Source: the human T2T-CHM13v2.0 reference genome, Homo sapiens
NCBI RefSeq assembly: GCF_009914755.1
Contig: NC_060935.1
Direction: 5' to 3' (one strand)
Length of the DNA stretch: 64,000 nucleotides
Part shown: positions 43,496 through 58,943 of the stretch, piece by piece
How positions within the stretch are numbered: position 1 is the first letter of the stretch
Layout: each line of letters starts with the position of its first letter
Program-made: the position numbers and the translations under genes
The notes under the pieces: model-generated
The model's database searches: none
Told to the model about the DNA's origin: nothing
The model's input: the letters and a program-made list of their open reading frames with translations, nothing else

Positions 43496-45504
43496 AATGC
43501 CCTTCTCTAAATAAACCCAGCAATACGTTGTTATATACTTGGTGCTTTATATTACTTTATGACTTTTAAAAAATAAAATAAAGGAAAATATATTTATAGA
43601 ACCTTTTATATTAAGTCATATATTTCCCATTTCTGGTGCTTTTCATTTCTTCCTGTGAATTCAAGTTACTCTTTGGTGTCATTTCCATTTATTATGAAGT
43701 TTGATTGTCCTTTAGTATTCCTTGTAAGGCAGTTCTGCTAGTAACAAACTCACTCAGTCTTTATTTATCTAGAACATCTTGCCTTTAGTTTTGAGGGATC
43801 GTTTTGCTGGATATAGCATTCTTGGCTAATATTTCCTCCCTGGCACTTTAGGTATATCATCTCATTGTCTTCTGGGTTCGAATGTTCAGATAAGAAGTCA
43901 ACCATTAATCATATTGATGCTCCCTTGTACGTGATAGGTCATTTTTGTCTATCTGATTTCAATATTATCTTTTTGTCTTCCTTTCCTCTTTCCACAGTTT
44001 AGCAATGATGTATCTATTTGTGGACCTCTTTGTATTTATCAAATTTTGGCTCATTAGGCTTCTTTGATGTGTAGGTTAATGTTTTTCATCAAATTTGGGA
44101 AATTTTTGGCCATTATTTCTTCAAATATTTATCCCACACTTTCTTTTTGTTGTTCTCCCCTCTTTCTGCAGACAACTGTTATACACATGTTAGTAAATAC
44201 ATTGTCCCACTGGTCTCTGAGGTTCTGTCCATTTTCTTCTATTTCCCCCACCTCTCTTTTTCAGATAGGATAATTTCTATTGATCTAGCTTTAAGTTCAC
44301 TGATACTTTCTTTTGCTTTCTTGAATATATTGTTGAGCTCCTCTAGTATTTTATTTAATTTATTGTACTTTTCAATGCCAAAATTCCAATTGGATTCTTT
44401 TTAATATTTCTATTTGCTTATTAAGATTCTCTATTTGTTGAGTTGTTTTTCCCACTTTTCTTCAGCCCTTTACACATAATTCCTTTTAGTTGTTTGAACA
44501 TATTTATTATAGCTGCTTTGAAGTCTTTCTCTGCTAAATTCAACCTATAAGGACATATAGAGAGATAGTTTCCACTGGCTGCCTTTTTTTCTCTATTAAT
44601 CACACTTGCCTGTTTCTTTGTGTTTCTCATATTTTTGTTGTTCTTGAAAACTGGATATTTTTAAGAATATAATGTAGCATATCTGGATTCTCATTCCTTC
44701 ATCAACTCTAGGTTATTTTTTTTGCTTGCTTCTTTGTTTAGTAACCTGTGGGCTAAATCTGTGGATTATCTTTCCTATAGTGTGTGGCCACTGAGATGTC
44801 TGCTTTTTTTATTATTTATTTTTATTTTTAAGCCTGGCTTCTGAGAGGTCATTCCTATGTCTGCTTAGCTCAGTGGTCAGCAAATGATTTGAAGAAGTTG
44901 TGCCTAAGCATCTTGAGCCAATAAATCTTATATTCTCTGCTAGTGGATCTGTGAGTGGTTAGAAAACCAGTGCTGTAGAATCCTACTCCTCTTAGCTGAT
45001 GTTCAGCAGTTTCAAGCATAAACATTGCTATATGTTTTTATTCAATTTCTAGATACCAAAATGGTTTGTTATTTTTTTTAAATCAATTTTGTCTAACTTT
45101 ATAGTTGCTTTTTTGGGAAGAGAATTTGCTGACTTCTTTGCTCTCCTTTAATAAGGTTTTGTCTTTGCTACAGCTGTAAGCTTAAAAGTCTTGAAGTCTC
45201 TGCTTAATTCAACTTAGTGTTTGCTGTGAGCCAGACACAATACTGGGTTGCAAAGAAGAGTAAATATACAGTTGTTGCTTCCAAAATATCATCCAGGGGA
45301 GGGGTAGAGAATGGAACTTAGAAGTGGGTTGAGCGGGTGGGGCTAACATTAATTGAGCAGCTATTTTATGCTAATGCCTGAGCCAGACCTCTTATATACA
45401 TTCCTTCATTTAATGATAGAATGAACTAGTGCTTTCTTGACCTACATCTGAAATATGCTTAAGTATTAGGACTATTTAAAAATAAATTTTATTGTTTTTT
45501 AAAT

Positions 45505-45655
45505 TTTATTTTTATTTTATTTGTTTTATTTCTATAGAGATGGGGTCTCGCTATGTTGCCTAGACTAGACTCAAACTCCTGGCCTCTAGCAATCCTCACA
45601 TCTTGGCATCTCAAAGTGCTCATATTACAAGTGTGAGTCACTGCCTCACCTGGCC
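45505..45655 (-). mobile_element. Alu monomer (FLAM-like)
   Basis: Left-arm Alu consensus. Confidence 0.8.
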
Positions 45656-47009
45656 TGGTTTTTGCTTTAATATAAAAAAGTATAAAGAAGAGGAAAATTG
45701 CACACAATCTGATTCTTTACATATTCACTAAATTAGTTCAAAATAGAAAATTAAAGTGCCAAATGAACATGGTTAGAAGTTCTTAAGAGTAAAGAGGTAT
45801 AAGAAGAAAAGTTAAAGCCCTGCTCACTTGTCTTTCACTCCAAAGGCAATAATCTTAAACAATTTCTATGAATTTTTCACAGACTTTTTTCTATACATAT
45901 ATTAGCATGTATGTATGTGTATATCCTTGCTCATTTGTATAAAAGGGATTATGCTATAATGCTTTCTGTTTTTCACTTTTTACTTTGTCTTGGAGATTTT
46001 CTCATATTAGTACATATAGTGAGACTTGCATTTAACAATTGTGCAATATCCCACCATATGAACATATCAGTTCAGTGCTGATAATTATTTAGGTTGCTTC
46101 CAGTTCATGTAATTTGAAAAATAGTTTCAAGTATGTTTGTACAATACATTATTACAAATAAAATTGCTGGTTGTATATACTTTCTTTGAATAGGAATTGG
46201 CAAGCTGTCTTCTGAAAAACTGCAAATTTTACTCTCTGCCATTTGTTTATGAATGAGCTTAATTCTCCCATGACCCCATCAATCCTCAAAATTCTCAAAT
46301 CTGATGGGTAAAAAAATTGTGTAAGTTTTAAAAGCTCACACAGCCTAGAACATATATAAGCAAATAAATAGTGTTTTATACTTTCATATTGTTAATGACA
46401 CCATTGATCAAAAGCCTTAATAAATTCTTTTGAAAATGACTTTCAGAACAACTTAATAAATTACCTATCTCCAAGTCACGTCTTCCTTTATATTTATACT
46501 TTATTTTTGATTCCCAGTGATATTCTTCAACTTGAGTGGTGGCACAAAGGCTCTGTTTGGGGATTCTGTCTCCTCATTTCAGTAATAGCCTTCAATAACT
46601 CCTAATAATAATAAAAACAAGGCCCATTAAGTAAATTGTGAACATAAGAATTTCTAGAACAATTGTTATTTGTAGTGATTTGTACCATATAATCAATTCA
46701 AAATAAGTGATCTCAATCGAAACTTCGAGACAAGTCCACTGCTTACCCACTCTCATTCAACTCCTGAACCTCTGTATATAAATCTCTCCATATAGAAAAG
46801 AATCTTCCAAGCCATGCATTTTATTCAGAGGGCTTTGGACAAAGGCAGTGTAAGGTAATACCACTCAGTCATATTTTATTTTATATATATATATATATAT
46901 ACACGCACTGGGGTAGATCTTGAAGATACGATCATGAGCAAAAAGAAGCCTGGTATTTGCTTTAATGCAGCTTACAGTCTAACATGAGAAAGAGACATTA
47001 GTGAAGCAA

Positions 47010-47140
47010 TCATACATACACACACATGCACACATGATATATATATGTGTGTGTATATGTATACACATATACATACTATATATGTGTGTAAATATATATA
47101 TGGTGTGTGTGTATATATACACTTACATATACACACATAT
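47010..47140. repeat. Compound (TA)/(CA)/(TG) low-complexity tract
   Basis: Alternating purine-pyrimidine imperfect repeats. Confidence 0.85.
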
Positions 47141-47479
47141 AATTAAAAACTTAGGCACATGCTATAAATGAATAAGATAGTTTACTGAAAGGCTACTATA
47201 TACCAGGCACTGTGATAAGTGCTTTATAGATATCATATCCTACAAGTCTCAACAACTCTTAAGAGGTAGGCATTTATGATTATCACCACCTAACAGATAA
47301 GAAGCTAAGAGTCATAGAAGAGAAGGAAATTGCCCAAGCTGCATACCTAACAAGTGATGGAGGTAAGATTCCTTTCCAGGCAGTCTAATTTCAGTGGCTG
47401 TGAGCTTAACCAGTGGCTCTACTGCCCTTCTCTCAGTGTGAATGCATTTTAGATAACTGACCCAGTCCAGGGAGTTCAG

Positions 47480-48320
47480 GATTGCCTGAGCCAGACCATG
47501 CTGGACCTTCTAATCTATATTAAACACATTTGACCTTCATCCCAACACTGATGGGAAGCAATGAAATGATTTTAAACAGGGAACAATAGAATTATATTTA
47601 AGATTTGAAAAGATCACTCTTGTGGTAGCTTGGAAAATGGATTAGAAAGGCTAGAGGAAGGGAAGCCAACTAGGAGGTTACTACAAAGTCCAGGTGAGAG
47701 ATGATGGTAGTTCAGACTAGGGATGTGATGTTGGAGATCAACATAAATAAATGGATGCATTTGAGAAGAAGCGGAGATAGGACCCTGTGGTATTTTGGAA
47801 ATGGAAAGAGAGGAAAAGGAAGAAAAATGCTTCCTTTGTTTCTGGCTTGTGGCTGAATATTGGTAGTGCCTTTTACTGGGAGTAGTGGCAGTGGCTGAGG
47901 ACCAAGCTTGGTAGAGGAGAGCTAATGATCCCTGGAAAAGGTTGCATTTGCAATCTTCTTGAGATTTACAAGTAGGGATGTCAAGCAGACAGTTGAATAT
48001 CAGTGTAAAGTGCAGAGGTAAGGTCCTGGCTGGAGATAAACATGGGGGTCACTGGTGTGTGGCTGATGGGTGGCACTGTGGGGATGAGTGCTATCAGCTG
48101 AGGAGAAAGCACAAGGCATGGAAGGAAGAAGCCAGCGTTATACTTTGAGGATTTCTGACAAAAAAATGGCAGATACAAGAGAATGAACTGGAAAAGTGGA
48201 CTGAAAAAGAGTGGTCAAAGAGTATGATGTGATGTCCTATGAGTCAAGGAGGGAGGGAGCTGACAATAGTATCAAATGCTGCTGAGATAACATAGTTTTT
48301 TTAAATGTCATTTGGATTTA
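47480..48320. mobile_element. L2 LINE remnant
   Basis: gaaaagatcactct..., gtccaggtgagagatgatggt, tcaaatgctgctgaga L2 hallmarks. Confidence 0.7.
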
Positions 48321-50258
48321 ATGGATGAGGGGCAGCTCTCTGGATTTTTTCCTATGTCCTGTTCCTCTATCACGTTAGATAAGTATCAAGTGAGAAAGCG
48401 GCAAATACATTAATTTAACTTTGAGTACAAATGATTCTGTCAAAATACTATTGAGTATTATATTCTCACCTCGTATTGAGAGAAAATGTAAGAAATTGTT
48501 TTAAAAAGAATGTTTTTGCATCTTTTGGAAAGCATTCTTGAAAACATTGAAGACATAATTCATTACATTACTGAATAATTTATATATAATAATTTTCTTG
48601 AAAATACTCTCTCAGAATCTAGTACTAGCAAAAAGTTCCTTTCTCTTAATGAACTAGTAAGTTTCCCTTTACTGGACAATGAAAGAGTATAAGCTAATTA
48701 TATTGACCTAATATATATTAACTCTATATCTAACAATATAACCTAAATATAATCAGGAAATTCAGAGCTACAGTTAATATGAATGGGCTGTAACTAATTA
48801 TGTAGCATATAGGTTTATTTGTAAAGTGGCTCATATTCTTTTTAGAATAAAAGTAATTAAAAGTATGTAAAGGAAAGTTAAGTGAATAAATAAGTAGAAA
48901 ATAGTTTGTACATTATATTGCCAGTAACTTTGATGGGAAGTCAGGTATAAATAGATTCAAATTTGACTCAAGAACATGCTAGGAGTGTTACCTTAACTTA
49001 ATAAAAAATGAATATTAATACTTTTCATATGGGATTGCTTTGAAAAGTAACTGTGATAATGTATACAAAGTATCCACTATAGTTGGCACATAATAAGGGC
49101 TTAACTGTTGTTGCTTTCTCATGACATCTTTCTCCAAACATCAAACCACGCTTTCATGGTAGAATTTGTTAAATGGTAACATTAGATTTTTTAGTTTTAT
49201 CTTTGCTTTGGTTTGTCTTGGCCACACTGGCTCTTGCTGTGTTATTTGAATTTGTATTCCTAATGCCTAGCACATTGGTAGCATGTGTTCAATATTGAAT
49301 TCACATTCTTGAATGACTGTGTAAATGAATGAATGGCAAATGGATGTGGAATGTGTGCACTTCCATCTCCTTCTCTGTCCCTTACCATCCAGCTTTTTTT
49401 TTTTTTCAGTACCAGTCTAGCTCCTCCCGTCCTTTAAGGCCCCTTAAATCTCACCTCTGTTGTAGAGCTTCTGATAACTATAATGTGCACAGACTGGTCT
49501 CTGTCCTTTTAGCCAGGTGGTTTTTATCCTATTTTTAGCAGTCGGCTTTCCTTAATTGAAAAATCATGTGCCATCTTGGTTTATGAAACAGAGAGTAAGG
49601 GGCTGTTCTGCCCCTGCCCACTCTGTGGTGGACCCTCTACCTTGTATAGCACAGGCATCCTCTGGGGTATGCCATATATTTTGACCCAAAATGACATTCA
49701 ACACATTCACTTTGCTTTATTCTCCAGTTGTCCCATGTGTTTAATACGTATTCTAGTCTGCCCAACAGAACTATATGATCCCCAGAGGCAGGAAGAATGT
49801 CTTACACTTCCTCCCTATCTCTCATGAGACCTACACAGGTGGTGAATCTGAAATAAGTCCCCAAGAAGTGTTTATTCATTATTTCTTCTTAGGCTTCTCC
49901 TTCCCTTCTTGAGTCGATGTCAACTGAGGGGAATTGAAATCTTCCTGGTTGATATGGTAGCCTCATCAGAAAGAGTCCTTATTATGAACATTTATTAAGT
50001 TCCTAGTTCTGTTCAAAACACTCTGTATACATTGCCTCATTTAGTTCTTATATCCCTGTAGGATAGATATCAACATTTCAGTTTTACTGATAGAGAACAG
50101 AGACATTGAGAATTTAAGTAACTTGCCTCAAGTCCCATAGCAAATAAATTTTAATTCAGTTATGTTTGATTCCAAAGCTCTGGCCCTCTCTACTATAGCA
50201 TGTGATCTCTCTGTTTTAACTATGTTTTACCTTTTTTTTTAATTTTATTTTTTGGAAG

Positions 50259-50471
50259 GAGCCCTATACCCAGATGGAACATCTGGAAGGAACAAAAATG
50301 ATGACATGGTTCCTCCTGGGAAAAACTACACCTACGTCTGGCCGGTGAGAGAAGAATATGCACCTACTCCAGCCGATGCCAACTGCCTGACCTGGGTGTA
50401 CCATTCGCACATCGACGCCCCAAAGGACATCTGCTCTGGGCTAATTGGGCCCCTGCTGGTCTGCAAGGAAG
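50259..50471 (+). CDS. HEPHL1: HEPHL1 coding exon 3
   Basis: GALYPDGTSG...WVYHSHIDAPKDICSGLIGPLLVCKE with the second HxH motif; T-rich tract + aag| acceptor; donor G|GTAAGG. Confidence 0.96.
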
Positions 50472-51081
50472 GTAAGGAGCTTTGTTTCCAGGTAACTAGG
50501 GAGTTGAAATGTGAATAAGATTCAGGTCTTATTTTGCCTACCTCCTTTGCTCCACACAGAATGTGCCTCTTCCAAATTTCTTTAGAAATTCTGACATGGA
50601 AGATCAATCTGACACCATAGCAGAGGGCAATAATTCAGATTTTTGTCTAAGAATCATCACAGCATTCTGAGACTTTATTGTTATTTTAAAAAATGATATT
50701 TCATAACACAATGTATAGAAAAGTGAGAAATTTAGTCAAATGACCAGTAATGCCTTCTGCTTCATTATTTCACCCAAATAATCATTTGCTATTTTATCCC
50801 TTATTAGTTGACTTAGCATGTCTGTAGTTTGTCAATAAAATGGACTCCCTTTAGAGACAGCCAGTCTTCCAAGTATGTGATTATGAAGATTTCTGTTTTA
50901 TGACTTTTCTCTTCTATGGCTCTGTCATTTCCATTAAAGCCTTTTGCTGATTTTATATGGTGGGTTATCCTTGTAGGTATAGGTCTTCACCAAACTTCAC
51001 ACTTGCCTGACACTATTGGAAGGAAGCAAAGCTCATCTTGATTTAGTTCTTTCTCTCTACTCTTTTGAATGTGCCTGACAG

Positions 51082-51261
51082 GTATCCTGAATAGATATTC
51101 AGGGACACGGAATGATGTGGATCGAGAGTTTGTTATAATGTTTACTCTTGTGGATGAGAATCAAAGCTGGTACCTCAATGAAAATATCAAACATTTCTGC
51201 ACCGACCCTGATTCAGTTGACAAGAAAGATGCTGTTTTCCAGAGGAGTAACAAAATGCATG
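51082..51261 (+). CDS. HEPHL1: HEPHL1 coding exon 4
   Basis: cag|GT ATC; ILNRYSGTRNDVDREFVIMFTLVDENQSWYL...SNKMH; donor G|GTGAGT. Confidence 0.96.
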
Positions 51262-52639
51262 GTGAGTACCTCCCATGTTCCCAAACGTATACCAGGCCTT
51301 TTATACTATAAGGTACTACAAGGGATAAAAAATACACAGAAATGTTGATCTGAGTTTGGCATGATTTATAACTCAGGGATGACCATGGTTAGAAAGTGAT
51401 ACAATACATGACACATGTTTGAACCTGAAACAATCTGAGGGGGACAGAGCAGTGGATGCATGCTAAATTGGGCATGCAGTGTGGACAAAGCCACAGGGCT
51501 TTGGGAAAATGGAGGGATCGATGTTATATTGTAATTGGAAAAGAATCGGTGCCTGAGGTGAGCCCAGAGCATGGGTGGGCTTAGACTGACTGGAAGGAGA
51601 AAGGAGAATGAAATCATCGTTCTATAATAATCCTGTGTTTTGCAACATTTTGCTTCATCCAGTAACCATTTTCTGAGCCGCTGATAAATTTTAAGAACTG
51701 AGTTATGCATGGGGTTTAAATAAGCACTTGTGAATTCATTATATTTCCCAGGCATTCTTTACATCAACAAAATTTACTGAGCATGCACTATACATCAGAC
51801 TCCATATTTGTTCAAAATAGTGAACTTCTATAGTTACTTCATTAGTTGAGATGGGGCACTTACTCATGCCTGTTTTGCAAAGCAGTAGCTTAATGTAGCA
51901 TTTTAGGATTTTCTTAGAGAGTTCTAGTGAACATAAAGGAAATAGTCAACCTACATATCCCACCTTATTCATTGACATATCTTCTCCTTCTATTGCTTCT
52001 CTGTCTCTCAGAATTGTTCTAACCAAGGTATCCTCAATATAGTCATAAAATCATAAGAGGAATAGAAGGAGCTGAAGATCATCTAACGTCTCCATTTTAC
52101 AGAAGAGAAACTGAGGTCAAGAGACTATCAATGACTTGCCTAAGGTCAAAGTGATAATTAATGCCAGAGAGTTTCCTGAGAGAAGTCCCATAGCAAATAA
52201 ATGTAAATTTGGCTGTGTTTGATTCCTAGGCACATCAAGGCATGATTGTCAGTACATTGATTATTTCCATTGTATTGCATGCCTTCTTTTTTCCTTCTAG
52301 TGGTATTTTGGCAACCTTATGTGTAGTGATTCTTGGAAAATATTTTAGGAGGAAAGGAAGTAAGGGAGAGAAGGAAAGGGGAAGGCAGGGAGGCAGAGAA
52401 AACAATGAAGGATGGAGTCAATGAAGACATAAATTCAAATCATTGCTGTGACCAGTTGTAATGCATATCCTTTACAAAATGGGAGTGATGATCTCAAATA
52501 TTGCAGAAAACTACTAATTGTGATTACTTAAGACTCACCTGCCCAAATAATTCCTCTTACTCTGTATTTATTCTTTTGAAGTGAAAATGTCCAACAAAAT
52601 GAAATGAATTACATAAGCAAACATAGATTACATGTATCA

Positions 52640-53369
<730 letters not shown>

Positions 53370-54246
53370 TTAAAAAAATCTAGACTATGGAAGATAATTA
53401 ATATGTACAAGTTTTATTGATCAATTTATTTAAATTTACTAAAATAATTTAGAATTAATTGTGCTGCCTAAGTCATCAGGCATTTCAGCAACAATTGCTT
53501 TTAACTCAGTTCGAACTTAAGAAGGGATATTGTGACTTTTTAAAGCCCTGAATCAAGTTCTTTTCTGAACTTGGTCAACTCCCAGCTGCCATTTAGATGG
53601 TTTTAAAGTATTCGGTCCTGGATTTACGCCATAAACTTAATAAGATTCTGCTCCAGCAACATGTAGTAAAAACTGTTTTTCTCTTGGCTTTTTAAAGTGA
53701 ACAAACAAACAAACAAAACAGTTCTCATAAATTCCTTTTAATCAATTCCTTTTCTTTCCATCTTACTACATGCTTTTGTCACTTCATTAAGTAGATACTA
53801 TGTGCCAGTTTTTCTGCTAGGTCCTGATAACTGTTAAGATGAACAAGACAGGGTTTCTAGTTCCAAGGAGCACAGAATCTGGTGGAGACAGCAGATATGC
53901 CAGTGAAGGATTATGACAGAAGGTGACTGAGCCTCCTGTAAATATGAGCAGCACTCTGTTTTCTCCTGACCTCATATTGCGTTCCCACAGCAGCTCCGAG
54001 GCTGTTCTCAGTGTATGCTGATCTTCACTTTTATTGAGTGTTTTCTCTGGAAAAAGGCCAATAAAAACATTTCATTTCTCTTTTGGACAATATATATTTC
54101 TAAGAGCCAGGTTTTTCTGCACCAAAACCTTACAACCAATGGTCTGCACTGGTTTTCCAGCCATGCTTAAGCCCGTATTACCAACATTTCTGGTCCCAGT
54201 CGCCTCTGCAGGGGAGTCTCTTCCACTAGCGTGTTTCTGTTTCCAG

Positions 54247-54501
54247 CCCTCAATGGATACCTCTTCGGAAACTTCCCGGAGCCTGATATGTGTGTTGGAG
54301 AATCTGTGTCCTGGCACCTATTTGGAATGGGGAATGAAATAGACATCCATTCTATCTATTTCTATGGTAACACCTTCATCAGCAGAGGGCATCGGACTGA
54401 TGTCGTCAACCTGTTCCCAGCCACCTTCCTTACAACAGAAATGATAGCCGAGAATCCTGGGAAGTGGATGATAACCTGCCAGGTCAGCGACCACCTACAA
54501 G
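54247..54501 (+). CDS. HEPHL1: HEPHL1 coding exon 5 (domain-2 type-1 copper ligands H304, C347, H352)
   Basis: ttccag|CC; LNGYLFGNFPEPDMCVGESVSWHLFGMGNEIDIHS...WMITCQVSDHLQ; donor G|GTAAAA. Confidence 0.96.
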
Positions 54502-56047
54502 GTAAAAAGGATAAAGACCAGAGTTGATATGTTTAGAATGGTACAATCAAACCACACAGTCACTAGTGCTCATCCAGTACCTACTGTTAGATAGAGCCTT
54601 GTATGTACTATATTTAATTAGGTAATAAATATACAGGAAAATATAACGCTCATCTCTTTGATATTCTATCAACAGATATTTATTGACCACTTCTGTATGA
54701 AAAAAGTGGGGAAGTGATTAAAAATTGATGAGACCTTCGAGGAACCTGTAGTATAGTTGTTAGACATAGTTAGACATTCACAAAATGAATACGATTTAAG
54801 GCAGAATGAGATAAATGCTCTTTGGGTGTTGCAGTCACTACTCTGGAGCAATCAGAGGGGCTTCCTGAGGAGCTGGCTCCTAACATGAGCCTTGAAATAT
54901 GAGTAGGAACTGAATAGATGAAGAAGGAAAGAAAGACTTTTGAGGAAGCAGCATGAACTGGGAAAAACACATGTTCTTTTTGAGCAACTGTAAGTAGAGT
55001 AATAAGGTTTTAGCACTGGAAAGGACTTTCTGGATAATAAGGACCAATCCCCCCTCGACTTATTTAATTTCGTTTTGAACATCTCTTGTGAGTAGTTATA
55101 GCAGCTCATCTCATCTCTGGACTGCTCTATTGGAATGTTCTTCCTCAAATTGAGACAAAATCCATTGACCTATAGCTTCCTTCATGTCCTATGATAGGTG
55201 CATGATAAACATTTGTTGGCTTAAATGCCTGTTGAATGACCTGGTCCTGGTTTCTTCGGACATCATACACTATGTCCTTTCTTAGCTGGACCATAATGTT
55301 CCTTACAGAGAAGTGATGACAGAAGAGCCTGGGAGGCTCATCAGGCCCCTTAGCAAAGCTAAGGAGGTGGGGCTGTGTGATCCTTAGCTCTTTTGGCACA
55401 CTAGTGACATAATCGGTGCAGTTATTTAAGAAGATAAATGTATGCATGCAAGAAGGACTTGATGGAGGAATTCTGCCCACTGGATGCTAGTTAAGAAGCA
55501 TTTGACAGTGTTAGAGGTCTAACACCTAAACGTCTGCCCTAAGATGATGAAACCAAGACAGAAAAAATATGTTAATGGAATAGACACAGAAGAAATAATG
55601 TCTGATATTTGGGTACTAACTTCCCATAGTCACTAATAGGTGCAAAGATCCAGCTGCTCAGGGCTGCTTTGGTAACACATTCTTGTTCCTGTCCACCTTC
55701 CACAGTGAGTCATAGCATTAGTCAACTGCAGTATCCCAATTACATTCAACTGAAAAATTAATCAGTTAATATGTACTAGATGCTCTTCTGGGAAAACAAA
55801 GATTAACAAGAGAAGGTTTCTATTCTCAAAGAGTCTTATGCTGTTAAATCTGGGAAGAAACTGTAGATTTAAAATCAAGATATTAGCAGCCATTTGAGAC
55901 TAGTAAGATCGCTAAATTAGCCCGATAGTTGTGGACATAAGCTGGTATTTATACGTTCCCTGAAATACAGTATTTCTAAATTGTCCATGCCTTCAGAAAA
56001 AAGTTATTGTAAAAAAATTAGAAAATACATATAATTGGAGGTTTTTT

Positions 56048-56175
<128 letters not shown>

Positions 56176-57124
56176 TAAATTGGTTTTAAAATCAGTAGTT
56201 CCATAATAGAAATATTTTATATTCACATTTTGGTGAATATCTTCCCTATTTTCTATTTCTTAATATGTAAATATATATGTATTTTAAAAAATGAAATCAG
56301 TCTATTAATGCTGCACTGTAGCTAATTTTTCTCATTTACAAATATATCAGAAACACATTTTCATGTCGGTGAATATAGAGCTTACTTCATCATGGTTAAT
56401 ACTTCCAGTGTCCATTATAAGGAGATTACATCTTGCTTAATCAATACTCTATTGCTTAATGCTTATGTTTCCCACCAATTTTTTTGCTATTATAAACAGC
56501 ACTGATGACTATTATTTATAGATGTTTGCACTTTTGTCTGAACATTTTCTTAGAAAAACTCCTAGATTTAGAATTTCTGGGTCAAAGAGTATGATTTTTT
56601 TAAAAAAGCTATGGACATACATTGCCACATTCTCTTTTGGAAATTGTTATTCTTCTACCCGAAGTGTATGAGTATGGCTCTTTCCCCATTCATCTACCAA
56701 CACTGAGAATTATTAGTCTTTCTAATCTTTACTAATCTGATCAATGAACAATAGTATCATTTGAAAACTGTTAAGGTTTGAGTACTATTTGAGTACTGTT
56801 AAGGTTGAACCTCTTTTTCATTTGTTTATTGGCCAATATTATTTATTTTGTGAATAAACTATTTCTGTTCCTTGCTCATTTTCTATTGGAGATTTACTTG
56901 TTTTCATCTTTATCTGTAAAAGTGATTTACGTATTAATCTTTTGTCATATGTGTCACAAATATCCCTCCTGTTGCCATTTATCCTTTTTAAAAAAACTTT
57001 CTTTATGGTCCAATTTTCTGTACAGAAGCCTAAATGTTCAAGAGCCAAATCTATCAGTCTTTTCCTATATGATTCCTTTTGTGATCATTTATGCCTCAGC
57101 TCGTGGTTTTCCTCTGTTCTGCAG

Positions 57125-57293
57125 CTGGTATGCTGGGGCAATACAATGTTGATAACTGCAAAAGTGATATTTTCTACCCCAAGATGAAGGGTCAACAGAG
57201 GCGCTACTTTATAGCAGCTGAAAAAATTCTTTGGGATTATGCTCCTCAAGGCTATAACAAATTCAGTGGTCTTCCTCTAAACGCCTCTGGCAG
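57125..57293 (+). CDS. HEPHL1: HEPHL1 coding exon 6
   Basis: ctgcag|CT; AGMLGQYNVDNCK...RRYFIAAEKILWDYAPQG...; donor AG|GTAAGC. Confidence 0.96.
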
Positions 57294-58844
57294 GTAAGCA
57301 CGCTTTGTTGGTGTTTCTAAGCCTCTCGTCAGAGAAGCATGTGTTAGGCTTTCTCCGTGATCTAATTTGTATTCCAACCACTGCTCTGATGAGCTTATAC
57401 TGCATAGATGGCATAATGTAGCTGCTTAAGGTGTTCTTAATACTGCAAAAGCACTGCTGAGAACTGGTAGAATATTTTTTGTTTTGTGACTTGACGGCTG
57501 AATCAAAACACTAGATCATTCACTCATTGATCAAACATTTCTTGAGTAGGCACTATGTGCAAACTATAGTGCAAAGTGCCATTAGAAATACTAAGCTGAC
57601 AAAGAATAGAGTAAGGCCTTTACACATATGGAGCAGACAGTCTTGAAGAGGGAATGACAAGAGATGGAGATGACCTGGCCTAAGAGGGTTACCCTTTTTG
57701 GTTCAAGGATATCCTGATTTAAGTTGTGTCCCCTTTATGTCCTACAAATATTCTTTTCCTTTCTATTCAGTAAAATGCCATTTTTCTTTCAAAGCCTTAC
57801 TCTAATGTCACCTCTGAAGTGAAACCTTTGACTCTTGATATAAATGAATTATGTTCTCTCTGCGCTCCCATAGAATATACTATTTAAAAAATTAATCTAG
57901 CAATTTATTAGGTGGATCTGGACTCCTGTGACTTGTTAGTATATAATCATATGCAAAGTTGTCTGTGAAGATACTAAAAAATGTACAGTGTGATATCAAG
58001 AATCCTTTTTTATATTTAAGGGAATGTTTTAAAAATTCTCTTTGTGATCAATAAAACATCATTTGTTTCTTTAATTGTACATTTTATTCATTCATTCATT
58101 CATTCATACTTTCACTCATTATTCTACCAAACGGATGCACTTGAACCCTGTCTAAAGAATTTGTGTGAACCATATGTGAAAGACTCTGATATCAACATTC
58201 TCTATTGACTAGTATTTCTCCATAAACAGAATAATGAGAATTAGCATTCAAAATTGTCTTAGGAGCCTTCTAGAATTCTGAAGTGCCTTCTGAAATAGGA
58301 AAGATTAAACTATATTCAATCAATGTTTAATGTGATATATGAAAGCACAAAGTGCAAGATGACATGAGGGATGCAAGGATATCTAAAGCAATAAAATGCA
58401 GAGGAAGAAGCTGGGCTCACAAGAGTAGAGAAGTAACTGCAAGTTACAAATAAAAGTGAGGTGAGTTGTCCTGGTAGTGAGTTATCTGGATGCTCAGAGA
58501 GAGCTAAGCTGGCCAGGGAACACATTATAGAGGAAGTGAGACTTAAGCAAAATCTTAAGGAGTGATAGAATTTATTTAACTGAATAGGGAAGAGAGGAGT
58601 TTTAGATGGAGGGGTTGATGCAAAGCACCTGTGGCATGGGAGGAATGAACAGATGAGACTGCAGTAACAATTTGCATAGAAGAATGGGCACTGGCATGGA
58701 GAAATAGAGAATTGGGGTAAACGGGATATCAATTGCAGAGGTCCTTTAATCTTTTTGAACATTATTTGATTGGCAATTGGAAGCAATTGAAGATTTTGGA
58801 GCAGGTAAATAGCAATAACAATTACCATTTTGGAGATTAATGTA

Positions 58845-58943
58845 TTAAGTGAAAAAATAAGCACAGTCTTGGCCATTGAAAGTAATTTGTAATCACGGTC
58901 TTGGCCATTATGACCATTATGGCTTACTTTTGCACCAATCTAA
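58845..58943. mobile_element. MADE1 (Hsmar1-derived MITE), internally rearranged
   Basis: gccattgaaagtaat core and intact right end ttacttttgcaccaatctaa|TA. Confidence 0.72.

Larger units (their letters stand above)
36410..44760 (-). mobile_element. Long ancient L1M block (host for a nested L1MA and the PHB pseudogene)
   Basis: T-rich antisense L1 with ORF2 remnants ([29 protein letters not shown]) and ORF1-region remnants near 44.1-44.6 kb. Confidence 0.8.

Noticed and set aside
50256-50261. NAGNAG tandem acceptor (AAG GAG) at exon 3
   Set aside because: GAG is a very poor acceptor, and its use would delete a Gly in the conserved SEGA motif.
58316-58876. 186-aa minus-strand ORF and the other short ORF-track entries outside exons
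   Set aside because: They overlap decayed L2/L1/Alu/MIR or random intron, with no recognisable domains or splice context.
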